Below the pieces are notes generated by a model, which worked only from the letters and a program-made list of their open reading frames with translations, ran no database searches and was not told the DNA's origin. From the NCBI GenBank assembly GCA_951406725.2, contig OX597817.1, positions 75,826,001-75,890,000 on the forward strand: a DNA stretch of 64,000 nt. Direction: 5' to 3'. The position numbers and the translations under genes are program-made. Position 1 is the first letter of the stretch, and each line of letters starts with the position of its first letter. The stretch comes from Octopus vulgaris. Taxonomy: Eukaryota. This document shows, piece after piece, positions 13,900-27,374 of this stretch.

Positions 13900-14570
13900 C
13901 CTCTTTTCAAGCACCAACAGTAATCAGCCATCATGTTGGAATCCTAGGGTCCTTGGTACCGTTCCTTCATAATGTTGATATCCTGGCCGAATCTCTCCCC
14001 TTGTTCGTCACTTACAGTTCCTGAATTACCTAGACATTGGTCAAGATGTCCATTCAAACAATGCATTTTTACGCCAATATTGCAACCTAATACTTTGTAG
14101 CCCCTTAAAAGTTCTTTACGCTTTCCTCGTAATTATCTGTTCTATCAATTTTCTATCAAGTCCACGAATGAGAATCAGGCATTTTACAAGCGTTCATTCA
14201 TGACACTAGGAAAATCGCAGTCTTAATTAATGTTCTTATTTGTGGAACATCGAAAGTTCCCGCCTTGACTTTTTCATAACTTAAACTTGAAACTTTTGAA
14301 GTTACGTATTTGAAAAACTCGCCGTTCCTATCTAAAGCTTTTATATATTGTTTAATGAGACCTAGTTTGATATGTAAAGGAGGAAATATGATATCATCCC
14401 TGCTCACTAAAGGTGGATTAATTACGTTTTTTCCGACAATAAGTCATGTTCGTGCTGTCCAGATTTGTTAGTAATAAAGCTATTCGGTGGCTCTGCTGTC
14501 CCATATGCAAAGGAAGCAGGGACATTTAGTATACACTGCTTGTTGTCCTAGCAAAAAAGTAACCATTTTT
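13900..14570 (-). pseudogene. Chapaev3-like (CMC superfamily) transposase remnant
   Basis: FLLGQQAVYTKCPCFLCIWDSRA, PPLHIKLGLIKQYIKAL, VSDEQGERFGQDI…ERYQG…MMADYCW.LKR. Confidence 0.75.
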
Positions 14571-14627
14571 AACATTATTTACATTATTTATATTTGACGG
14601 ATATTTGTCCTCATCTTGTTTGTTGCT

Positions 14628-14677
14628 AACACAACGTTTCAGCTGTTGTATCCTCCACTCAGCCTTCATCAGGTGTC
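14628..14677 (-). ncRNA. Minimal type-I hammerhead ribozyme (canonical CUGAUGA core)
   Basis: GACAC-CTGATGA-A-GGCTG…CAGCT-GAAAC-GTT-GTGTT; stems I and II pair; palindromic AACGTT stem III. Confidence 0.7.
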
Positions 14678-14741
14678 TTGGGGAAACTTCGAACCTGGGT
14701 TCTCACTCCTAAGGTATTTTTCGATGCTGTTGTTGTTGTTG

Positions 14742-14851
<110 letters not shown>

Positions 14852-15289
14852 GAGTGAGAGAACAGTGCATGCCATCAATGTGACACTGGAAAAACATATA
14901 CGAAGCCCAGTATACCCGTCTGATAAGGGTACACTAGGCACATGCATCACAACCATATGTGTGCAACATGGTGATCTCATATCAAGATAAACAGCACATG
15001 ACCTTGCAGGTGGGGCCCAGTTACAATTTTCTTCTAGTCAAGTAACCCATCCCGCTCAAAAGGTCCCTGAATTAGGGTTGTTTAAGGATGTTGAACGAAA
15101 CACCCATGTTTCCAGCGGTGAATTATTCAAACCCCAAAGAATCCCTCTCAACACATGGCTATGATGCTCCACCACTACATCTGGTCGTGAGCAGAGATGC
15201 ACATATCGTCAGCCACTAAGGGACATGCTCAACTGGTTAAGGTCAAACAACTGACAAGCAAATCTGTGGTATTAAGCAGAATATTCGCT
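14852..15289. mobile_element. ~440-bp non-coding insertion flanked on both sides by (TTA)n
   Basis: Complex sequence bounded by TTA arrays, separating the SINE E head from its body. Confidence 0.55.
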
Positions 15290-15475
15290 TATTATTATTA
15301 TTCAGGTCACTGCCTGGAATCGAACTCGGAATCCTGGGGTTAGTAGCCCGCGCTCTTAACCACTACGCCATATATAAGTATGTCTAGACACACACACACA
15401 CACACACACACACAAATATATACACACATTTATAGAAGCATGCATGCTTACTGTGCTTACAGATATATATGTATA

Positions 15476-15550
<75 letters not shown>

Positions 15551-16620
15551 GATATACATAAACATATACATATTATACGTAAATTTATATGCATATATAT
15601 ATGAATATATAAGTGTATGTGTGTGTGCGTGTGTATGCACGCGTATGTATATATATATATATATATACACACATGTACTCACACATCTTTATATTTGTTT
15701 CACGTTTCTAAATAAAATACAAGAATGTCGATTTGTCTTCCGTCAAGCCTATTGAGTTAATTGTAAAATTTACGAAAATTTCTTGAAGTTATCGGTTCTT
15801 CTCATTCAATGTCGCTAACCATACAATTAGGTTCTTGTTTTACTTCTCTCGCCGTGAACAAGCTTTTGATACATTATTAATTTATTACGTACACTATTTT
15901 ATACGGCTTCCGCTTTCTTTGTTATCCAAATTACTGCCACTTGTCAGCTATTTCCTCTTCAGTTATTTTCTGTTCGCTCTTTTTAGTTCTAACTATAATA
16001 TATATATATATTTATATAGGATATGTTTATATATACATGTGAATTTGCCTCTGTGTGTGTGTAGTGTGTGCGTCTGTTGTGTATGTGTGTATAAGCGATG
16101 TGTGAGTGTGTGTCGATTCTGTTTATGTGTCTACGAACAACGCATATATTTTTAATTTGTCTGCAAGCAAGCATCAATGCATATGAGCACACTGAGAGAC
16201 GCATGTATTCAGGCGGAAATTCTAACGCAGAAGCACACACACACACACACACACACAGAGACTCATACATCTGTCTGGATTGTCACTGATATCCATCCAT
16301 CCATCCATCCATCCATCCATCCATCCATCCATCCATCTGTGTGTGTGTATGTGAGTAGATGCATATACATACATACACATAATTAATTTTACCCTCAATT
16401 GTTGATATATATATATATATACTTATAAATTAGAAAAAAGCCACCTTTTATCAATTCAATAATGAAAAATTAAATTATACTATTTAGAAAAATTACATAT
16501 TATAGAAAGATTAAATATAAGATAAAACATATAACAATGATTAAGTAATGTGCAAAATAATAAGTGAAACGTATATATATATATATATGTATATGTATAT
16601 ATTTATATATATGTATATAT

Positions 16621-16750
16621 TAGCGGTTCGGCAAAGGGGACCGAATAGAATAAGTACTTGTCTTACAAAGAATTAGTCCTGGGGTCAATTTGTTCGACTA
16701 AAGGCGGTGCTCCAGCATGGCCGTGGTCAAATGACCGAAACAAATAAGAG
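16621..16750 (+). mobile_element. SINE family A 3' fragment
   Basis: TAGCGGTTCGGCAAA…GGCGGTGCTCCAGCATGGCCG. Confidence 0.8.
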
Positions 16751-16781
16751 AGGCCAAGGGATTTATATGTATATATATATA

Positions 16782-17560
16782 TAAAGGGAAGCTTTATGAA
16801 AATAAACAAAAGACGAAGGCAGGTGGAGTACAAACAAACAATTGTATTAGTATGGCGCTCAGGAATATAAATAAAACAAGTCTTTTACGTTTCGAGCCTA
16901 CGTTCTTCAACAGTAAGATACACAGAAAAGAAACACGGAGAGAAACAAGGAGAGAAAAAAATGCGTGCAGAAGCTAGCGATTCAACATGGCGATCTGATT
17001 CCGGTCAAGAGTCAGAGATCAGACGTGAGAGCGAAAGTAGGGGAGATAACAGGGTCAAATGACTTCGCTCCCAACATAAGGGTGCGTGTGTGTATGAGAG
17101 AGTATGTAGTGCTGTAGTGCGTATGAAAGGTCTGGACGTGTGTATGTATGTATGATGTGACGTGTAATGTCGTATGGTGTAGTGTAGAGAGAGGAGATGA
17201 GGGGGAGAGGGGAGGAGGAGGGAGGATAGGTAAAGGGGGAGAGAGGGGGAGAGAATGGGAGTGAGGGAGCAGAGAGAAAGAGAGAAGGAGAAGAGGGAAG
17301 AAGAAAGAGGAAAGAAGAGGAGGGGAAGAGAGTAGGGGTGAAAAGATGAAGGACTGAAGAGAAGCAGGAGTCGGGCGGAGGTTAGAGGAGGAGGGGGAGA
17401 GTTGAGACCAAATGGCGTAAAAGAGCGAAGAGAGAAGATTAATCCCTGTTCACGGCGCAAACGGGAATCCGGATGGCCTCTGTGCAAGGACAAACCGAAT
17501 ACAGACAGGTATTGCAAGGAGTGACCGGTGGAGCGAAAATGGCGTGAGACCGGTGTATCG

Positions 17561-17561
<1 letters not shown>
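16782..17561 (-). mobile_element. Penelope-like element 3' end: GIY-YIG C-terminus, CT-rich spacer and pLTR with HHR
   Basis: [23 protein letters not shown]…[21 protein letters not shown] matches the PLE endonuclease C-terminal pattern; flanked by (TA)n on both sides. Confidence 0.8.
16882..16917 (-). ncRNA. Minimal HHR motif, CUGUUGA variant
   Basis: CTGTTGA-A-GAAC-GTAG-GCTC-GAAAC-GTA-AAAG. Confidence 0.55.
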
Positions 17562-17623
<62 letters not shown>

Positions 17624-17773
17624 CATATAGACATGTGTGTGCGTGTGTGTATATACATATATATATATCTACATATATCTACATATATATATGTATATAT
17701 ATATATGTATATATACACATATATATATATGCAGATACACACACACACACATATATGTATATTCTCCTTTATC

Positions 17774-18150
17774 CTCTTTTATTTGTTTCAGTCAATTGAC
17801 AACGGCCATGCTGGAGCACCGCCTTTAGTCGAACAAATCGACCCCAGGATTTATTCTTTGTAAGACTAGTACTTATTCTATCGGCCCTTTTGCCGAACCG
17901 ATAATGTTACGGGGTGGTAAACTCACCACCATCGGTTGTCAAGGATGGTGGGGGGACAAACACAGACACACAAACATATACGCACACATACACATACACA
18001 CACAACCTCCCCACACATATATACAACGGGCTTCTTCCAAATCCACTCACAAGGCCCGAGGCTATAGTAGAAGACACTTGCCCAAGGTACCACACAGTTG
18101 GCCTAAACCTGGAACCATGTGGTTGGTAAGCAAGCTACTTACTGCATAGC
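17774..18150 (-). mobile_element. SINE family A
   Basis: Match to family consensus. Confidence 0.85.
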
Positions 18151-18268
18151 ATGCCTGTGTGTGTATGCATCTATGTATGTATGTATCTACTTAACTAACC
18201 TACATTTTTACGTATGCATATATTTACATATGTGTATATATACATATACATGTATAAAGGTACACACG

Positions 18269-18333
<65 letters not shown>

Positions 18334-18427
18334 ACACGTACACATTCATCCATCCATCCATTCATTCATACATATGTATACACTCATGCACATGGCCGTC
18401 TGTCTGTATGTATGTATGTATTCATGC

Positions 18428-18504
<77 letters not shown>

Positions 18505-18513
18505 CATACACAC

Positions 18514-18568
<55 letters not shown>

Positions 18569-19464
18569 TCTATATATATATATATACACACATGTCCATA
18601 ATTGATTGAAGATCCATTGTCATCGGCGCTTGCGAGCTTGCATTGTCTACATCGTCTGATTACAGCCAGGTAAACGTTCTACTTTCTAATAATAATTCGC
18701 GCATCTCTCTTAGACTAAATAGACGAAGAGAACCACATCAACTAGAACGCCTACAAAAACAAGAATAAAAAACAAACACAGAAATAAGATCAGAAAAATT
18801 ATGATGCAAGTAATCTAAATATAAATATTCTGTCTTCGACAATTTATCATGATAACTAACGTGTAGGATGGTGTATTAACAGAGCGGAATAATGTAGTCT
18901 CCTTTTAATAATGTTTGTTTCTCTTCTTGATTTATTTATTTTGTTGTGTATGTGTGTATGATAATGATGTCCATGCTGAAAGCTATTGTTCATATCTTGA
19001 AATAGCATAACTGGAAATATATGAATGTGAATGGTTCTTAAATTATTTATTGCTTGTTTCTTGTATGTTTGTTAGCTCCTGTTGTTTTTTTTTTCTTTTT
19101 GTATATGGGATAAATCAAAGATATCTGAAAATATGTGTGAGTATGTTGTTAGAGTTGTTTCTGTTGTTCACGTCTGTTGTCTGTTTCGCGCACCTCTCAG
19201 TTCATACGTGATGAAGCGAATCTCAGTGCAAAATCATGCCAGATTGTACAAAATCTATGGGCATGTGTGTGTGCGTGTGTGAGTGTGAGTGTGCGTGTGT
19301 GTGTGTGTATGTGTGTGTCTGTTTTCTTAGGACTACATTATCTTCAGCATTCTTATACTTCATTTCAAGGCAAAATATGATTTGAAGTGATTTGGCTGCT
19401 ATTTCTAGCAAGTCGAGCGACAACATCGAGGCTTCACCTTTAGCACATATCCTTTTATTCATTA

Positions 19465-20090
19465 ACTTGTTTCTGTCATTTTAACTGCGGCCATGCTGGA
19501 GCACCCTCTTGAAGGGTTTTTGGTCGAAGAATTCGACCTCAGCACTTATTTTCTTTAAAGCTTAGTATTTTGCCGAAACACTAAGGTATGGGGACGTAAA
19601 CACACCAACACCGGTTGTCAAGCAGTGATTGTTGGGGAGACGAAAAGACACTCGAAGACACACACATATTTGTGAGCGTAGTGCATACACCTGTAAATGT
19701 ATGTATGCATGTATATTCTTTTCTTCTTTTCTTCTCTTACATGTTTCAGTCATTTGACTGTGGCTACGCTGGAGCACCGTCTTCAAGGATTTTAGCCGAA
19801 GAAATCGACCCCAGGATGATATTCTTTCAAAGTCTAGTTCTTATTCTATCAGTCTTTTGGCGAACCTCTAAGGTAAGGGGACATAACCACACCGCTATCA
19901 CTTGTCATGCGATGGTGGTTGGGGCAAACACACACACACATACAACGGAGTTCTTTCAGATTCCGTCTATCAAATCCACACACAAGGCTTTAGTATGAGG
20001 CATTTGCTCAAGTTTCCACGCAGTGGGACTGAACCCGGAAGCCATGTAGTTGGCAAGCAAGCTTTCTACCACACAGCAACACCTGCGCCT
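19465..20090 (-). mobile_element. Two adjacent SINE family A pieces (19465-19650 partial; 19735-20090)
   Basis: Repeated GCCATGCTGGAGCACC/GCTACGCTGGAGCACC body and tRNA head. Confidence 0.75.
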
Positions 20091-20261
20091 ATGTACGTAT
20101 GTATGTATGTATGTATGTATGTATGTATGTATGTATGTATGTATGTATGTATGTATGTATGTATGTATGTATGTATGTATGTATGTGTGTGTGTGTGTAT
20201 GTATGTATATATGTATGCATGTATGTATGCATGTATGTATGCACGTATATATGTACGTGTG

Positions 20262-20504
20262 CGTATAGGTTCCTCACCTGGACGGGACGCCGGTCCGTCG
20301 CAGGTGAGCTGCAAGATGCAGGAGGAAAGAGTGAGAGAAAGCTGTGGCGAAAGAGTCAGCAGAAGTTCGTCATTACCTTCTGCCGGAGCCGCGTGGAGCT
20401 TAGGTTTTTCGTTCATAAACACACACATCACCCGTTCTGAGATTCGAACCCGCAATTTCTCAACTGTGAATCCGCTGCTCTAACCAATAGGCTATGTGCC
20501 TCCA
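20262..20504 (-). mobile_element. SINE family C, variant 2 (V-domain-like 3' part)
   Basis: tRNA head plus CCTGCGACGGACCGGCGTCCCGTCCAGG; same family as 52663 and 57050. Confidence 0.85.
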
Positions 20505-22109
20505 CTTGTGGTTGAATAAGACACTTTATTTCGCGTTGCTCCAGTCCACTTAGATTGCAAAAATGAGTTTTAGCTATGATCTAATGGTCCAGTCTTGTCA
20601 CATTCTGTCTTATTCTGAATTTCGCCGAGGACTACATAAAGAGTACGTGTTATGTGATAGAATTATGTTTATTTTTTTCTGCGGCTTCATGAAAAGGAAG
20701 GATAACAATCTTTATCGTTTTTGAATCTCCAAAACTGACGTGAAGATAGGGATGAAGAAAATGCAACTCATGGGTTGTTACAGCAGGAAACAGTGCATGA
20801 GGACACCGATTTATCATTAGACCAAAGGTTTTCTCCAAATGTTTACAGCAGGGAAGAATTGGCTAAAGACGCCAAAGGACCAATATTAGTGTTAACCGAT
20901 TCACGGATTAGGCCAAACACCCCAGTTTATTCAACGTGCTTCCGCACTCTTTCCATCTGCCTAATCTCATTCATAAGACTTAGCTCTATTTGAGAAAATT
21001 GAAGATTATACTTGCACCAAGTCTTACCGCGCAGCTGGATTAAAGCCGGAAACGAAAACTCGATACTGTGAATATTGTGCTTATGAATTGATGTCATACA
21101 TTGATAAAGCCATATATTACACATACGTAAAGTTGTTGACCTTTTCTCAACTATTATATATTTTAAAGAGACTCAAGGGAATTAAAGTAAGAAAGAAAAT
21201 AAAACAATTTGGCAATTGAAAGAAAGACCTTATAAATCATATGGAGCGATAAAATTGTTAGCTAAAGAAAAATTTACAATTTTCTATATTCAGAAAATGA
21301 TTGGGAAAAGTATATAAACGAGAAAACAATACAGTCGTCTGAAATATACTAAATTCTAGTAACTCGTATATCCCTTGTTTTTATTGTTGTTTTGCGACGC
21401 CACCAAATATTCTGATTGAAGAAAGCTATGAACAAATATATGAGGACAAGATCATTCTATCTCAAAATGCTACAGGAATATTATAAGAAGGAAACTGGAG
21501 AAAATAGCGACAGAATCATTTTCTCAGAAACATCAAAGATGACGAGAAAGCTATGGCAATTTCAGATGAAAATCAGGTTTTGGTTTGGAGAGATAATTGC
21601 TGTTGTGTTCATGAAAAGAAAGTAGAAAGACTTTAACTAGCAGTTATTACTGAGTTCACTCTCTCTGCAATGGAAGTGTCCCCCAAATATATTTTCACAT
21701 ATATTAATACATGAACATGACATGAAAACCCCCCCTTAACAGATCGATATTAATGTGTTTTGGATGAGAAGCGAAGCGACCGATTCGTTTTATCTATCTA
21801 AGTGCAAATAAGAAAATAGTATTTCGACACTCGACCAGTTTTCTTAGTTCAAGATTATAGGTTTTGGAACTGGAGAGTTCAAATCTCCAGTAGCAGACTT
21901 CGAATATCCAGATTCCTCAGGAGTCATTAGTATAATAACTACACTTCATTGCTTTCGTTGATATAGATTTCGTAAAGTGTTAAATTTAGCGTAAATTATT
22001 TTCTTCCGGTTATGTCGTTCTGACAATTCCATGCAAGAAGGAAATGACGCGATGCATGACTACCAAAGTCTGGAAAGAAAATCTGTAAAATGTGTAATAA
22101 AAAAGGAAA

Positions 22110-22780
<671 letters not shown>

Positions 22781-23172
22781 TACTTCTTGGTCAGTGAAAG
22801 CTTCAAATTTCAGCGGTTGAAAATGTTCGGGTCATGTTGGTGTAATGCTTCTCACAATTATACAAAACACGTTTGACTTGTGGTTCGATGCCTTAAAGCT
22901 ATTCTTTCTACTTTCCCGTCGTCAAGTAGTATCTTACCCCGTATAGGAAACTATTACTTACCTGTATGTTGGTACCTTGTTATTTTCAAATTGGTTCATA
23001 CGTTAACCAGCCAAATGCAAACACATGTATGCAAGCATACATGTATATATGTATGTATATGTGTGTGTGTGTATGTATGTATGTATGTATGTATGTATGT
23101 ATGTATGTGTGTGTGTGTGTGTGCAATAACAGATACATACAATTTTACATACATACATACACACATATGTAT

Positions 23173-23219
<47 letters not shown>

Positions 23220-23335
23220 TGTGTGTGAGTGTATACGTACAGTCAGAGAGAAGACGAGACAGACAGAGAAAGGGAGAAAGATAGAGAGAACGAGAGGCAG
23301 AGACAGGTTTAGAGAGTGAGAAACATGCATGCATG

Positions 23336-23369
<34 letters not shown>

Positions 23370-23511
23370 TATACGTATGTATATATGTATGTATGTGTGT
23401 GTGTATATATATACTACATGCATAAACACATACATAGAATTTTGCACACATACTTACATATACACACATACATATGTATGTATATATATGTGCGTGCATA
23501 TATATATATAT

Positions 23512-23690
23512 TCGCCATGAGAGATCGTTAGCCACTATATATTCTTTATTTTCTCTCTGTGTTCCTTTCTGTGGAAGAGCGTAGACTCGAAACGTTAAAG
23601 ACTTTTTCACTTCCCGAGCGTTAAACTAATACAACTGTTTGTTGTCTACACTACCTGTCTTCGTCTTTTGTTTTCTTGTCAATTCTCCCC
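23512..23690 (+). mobile_element. PLE pLTR-like unit with HHR motif (23565-23600, CUGUGGA core) between (TA)n arrays
   Basis: CTTT-CTGTGGA-A-GAGC-GTAG-ACTC-GAAAC-GTT-AAAG; homologous to 16782-16990, 32815-33017 and 46660-46810. Confidence 0.7.
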
Positions 23691-24553
23691 ATATATATAT
23701 GTCTGTGTGTGTGTGTGTATGTATACATACAGTCAGAGAGAGGAAGAGGGAGACGGAGAAAGAGAGAAAGAAGGAGAGAATGAGAGACAGAGCGAAACAA
23801 ATTTAGAGAAAGCGAGAGAGAGAGAGAGAGTGAGAGGCAAATGGAGTGAGAGAGATGGAGAGAGAGAGATGGAGAGAGAGAGATGGAGAGAGAGAAAGAG
23901 TGAGAGAGATAGATGGGGGGAGAAACATTAGTTTGGCTTGTGACATATTTCAACTTGTGAAGGCAATTTCACTGCAGTTAACCGTTGGGAAAATAAAATT
24001 TCACTTTAGGTAAATAATTGTAAGAAAATCATTGTCAGCTTAAAGCGTTTTCTGGATTGACAATTACATTTATAATTTGTTTGCTGTCCATCTGGAATAA
24101 GAGAAGTAACTCTGGAATGACTGAAATGCTTTAGTTTTATTAAAAAAAAACAAGAAATACAATTTACTGATCTAAGAATATGACCGCCAGGCCGGACTAA
24201 GAATGTAAGCAGTCGCGCGAAGCAGTGATGAAAGTCCAAGTGCGCAAATCAGTAAGTAGTATCTATTGAGTGTTTAATTATGTTAAAGCCTTCCAGTCAG
24301 CTCAGGTTTTCCTCTGTAGGTATATGGTACAAAAGACAGCTAACAAACGACAAATGCAGCCATCAGTCGGGAGTCCGCTTTAAGCTGACAATGGTACTCA
24401 TTACACCTTTTTTTGCCTAGGTCGAGAAATCCATTTCTCCACAGTTAAGTGCAGAGAAATTAACTTTACAAGTTGAAATATGTCCCAAACATATTTGAGA
24501 TGAACTAAAGTTTATTAGATAATTTCCTACCACTACATCATCTCTTCGTCTAA

Positions 24554-24590
<37 letters not shown>

Positions 24591-25062
24591 TATTTGTACT
24601 TTTCTCTTACTGTTTACGACGTCTGCATTTTATTGCATAATAAAGCATTCATGCTTACGCAATTACTGAATGCAGCGTTCTAAAACACAGGTACCTTATA
24701 TAAAGCATACATATGAATTATGTTTTCTGTGTTCCTCTTCGATACTGTGCATGGATTCTGAGCACTAGCGTATTTTCAGTTATGAAGGTAGATGAAGATA
24801 GTATAGGAGTGCGTTACACAACTTGTCTATATATATATATATATGTATGGCTTCAAAGGTTGCATTCCCTCGCGTTCGGTACACTGTGTATTTATTATGG
24901 TAGTTTTTACTTTAAGAGTCCCTCATAGTGTGAGGCATTTACGTGTACTAATGCCCTTAATATAAATATATTTAAAGGGAATAATTATAAATTTTTCTCA
25001 TATGGAGTTTTCACGCTGAATACTTAATAAATTCTTATAAAGATGTTATCCTATTTTCAATT

Positions 25063-25234
25063 AGGCGTAGGAGTGGCTGTGTGGTAAATGGCTTCCTTAC
25101 GAGTCACATCGTTCCGGGTTCAGTCCCACTGCGTGACATCTTAGGCAAGTGTCTTCTACTGTAGCCTCGGGCCGACCAAAGCCTTGTGAGTGGATTTGGT
25201 AAACGGAAACTGAAAGAAGCCCGTCGTATATATG

Positions 25235-25299
<65 letters not shown>

Positions 25300-25494
25300 A
25301 TCTTTGTGTGTCTGTGTTTGTCCCCCCAACATCGTTTGACAACCGATGCTGGTGGTTCGTAAGCTAGTGGTTCGGCAAAAGAGACCGATAGAATAAGTAC
25401 TAGCTTTACAAAGAATAAGTCCTGGGGTTGATTTGCTCGACTAAAGACGGTGCTGCAGCATAGCCACAGTCACATGACTGAAACAAATAAAAGA

Positions 25495-25496
<2 letters not shown>
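25063..25496 (+). mobile_element. SINE family A, full length
   Basis: GGCGTAGGAGTGGCTGTGTGG…GGTTCAGTCCC…AAAAGAGT. Confidence 0.9.
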
Positions 25497-25531
<35 letters not shown>

Positions 25532-25560
25532 TGCGGTTAACACAACCCACTATTTACTGA

Positions 25561-25627
<67 letters not shown>

Positions 25628-25629
25628 CC

Positions 25630-25681
25630 ATGGTTATGCCATGTGGGCAGTACCTGAAGACTACCCACATGGCATAACCAT
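25630..25681. repeat. Fold-back hairpin (22-bp arms, 1 mismatch) duplicating the 5' end of the HHR unit at 25760-25895
   Basis: ATGGTTATGCCATGTGGGCAGT-ACCTGAAG-ACTACCCACATGGCATAACCAT. Confidence 0.9.
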
Positions 25682-25720
25682 ACATACATACATACATACA
25701 TACATACATACATACATACA

Positions 25721-25756
<36 letters not shown>

Positions 25757-25784
25757 TAAAACCATGGTTATGCCATGTGGGCAG

Positions 25785-25866
25785 TACCTGAAGACTGCGT
25801 TGAGACACCAGACGTGTTAAAATATACTGTCTGACACGCTTTCATCGCATGAAACTAAATGTCGTA
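25785..25866 (+). ncRNA. Type-I HHR with extended stem II (canonical CUGAAGA, GUC site)
   Basis: TAC-CTGAAGA-C-TGCGTTGAGA…CGTGTTA/TGACACG…TTTCATCGCA-T-GAAAC-TAAAT-GTC-GTA. Confidence 0.6.
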
Positions 25867-25928
25867 ATAAGAACATACATTGTGTTTCTTAAATAATATA
25901 TATGTATATATATATGTATATATGTATG

Positions 25929-26001
<73 letters not shown>

Positions 26002-26111
26002 CCTTTGGGCTAAAACATTTAAAAGTATTTTAAGGATTTTATATATGAATTTTTGCGTAATGAGATAATAAACCAAGGCTGTATAGATATTAGAGCATTT
26101 ATAGATAGAAG

Positions 26112-26166
26112 GTCTTACAGCTGTTTCTAGAATATTGATTAATAATAACATACCTTCATCGGAGAC
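26112..26166 (-). ncRNA. Minimal HHR, CCGAUGA variant
   Basis: GTCT-CCGATGA-A…GAAAC-AGCT-GTA-AGAC. Confidence 0.65.
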
Positions 26167-26415
26167 GATGTGAGAGGAAAAGTTAAGTCATAGTTAGTTT
26201 AGATGTGATAAAAATAGAGAGTGGGGTGGAGGAAAGAAAATAGATGTAAGATATGTATGGTTATTGAGTTAATAAATCCGTTTTATAGGCATAATGGTAT
26301 ATATGTGTATTATTCCAATAACCATACATATCTTACATCTATTTTCTTTCCTCCACGCAACTCTCTATTTATATCACATCTAAACTAACTATGACTTAAC
26401 TTTTCCTCTCACACC

Positions 26416-26467
26416 GTCTCTGATGAAGGGATATTATCAATTAATATTCTAGAAACAGCTGTAAGAC
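26416..26467 (+). ncRNA. Minimal type-I HHR (canonical core, palindromic stem III)
   Basis: GTCT-CTGATGA-A-GGGATATT…AATATTCT-A-GAAAC-AGCT-GTA-AGAC; ACAGCTGT palindrome. Confidence 0.8.
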
Positions 26468-26702
26468 CTTCTATCTACAAATGCTCTAATATCTATTCAG
26501 CCTTGGTTTTTTTTTTATCTCATTACGCAAAAAATTCATATATACACACGCTGACATAGAACCAAAGTTGAACCCTTTATTCGCAATATTACCGAATCTG
26601 GAACTTAACTATGGTCTGTCTATAGCACTTATTCAGCATTACCTGACACCTTTGGGTCTCAATGACACCATTATATCTTATATATATATATATATATATA
26701 TA

Positions 26703-27342
<640 letters not shown>

Positions 27343-27374
27343 GCACAGGAGTGTGTGTGGTAAGAAGCTTGCTT

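Larger units (their letters stand above)
26041..26543. repeat. Inverted repeat (~225-bp arms, 49-bp spacer) made of two head-to-head pLTR-like units
   Basis: 26041-26266 is the reverse complement of 26316-26543; a third copy lies at 54905-55170. Confidence 0.9.

Noticed and set aside
15303-15371. tRNA gene candidates (here and at other SINE heads)
   Set aside because: Box A/B present but no complete acceptor stem or T-run terminator; they continue into SINE bodies.
20650-21650. Short non-repetitive ORFs (20775, 21416)
   Set aside because: No recognisable motifs or clear splice signals.
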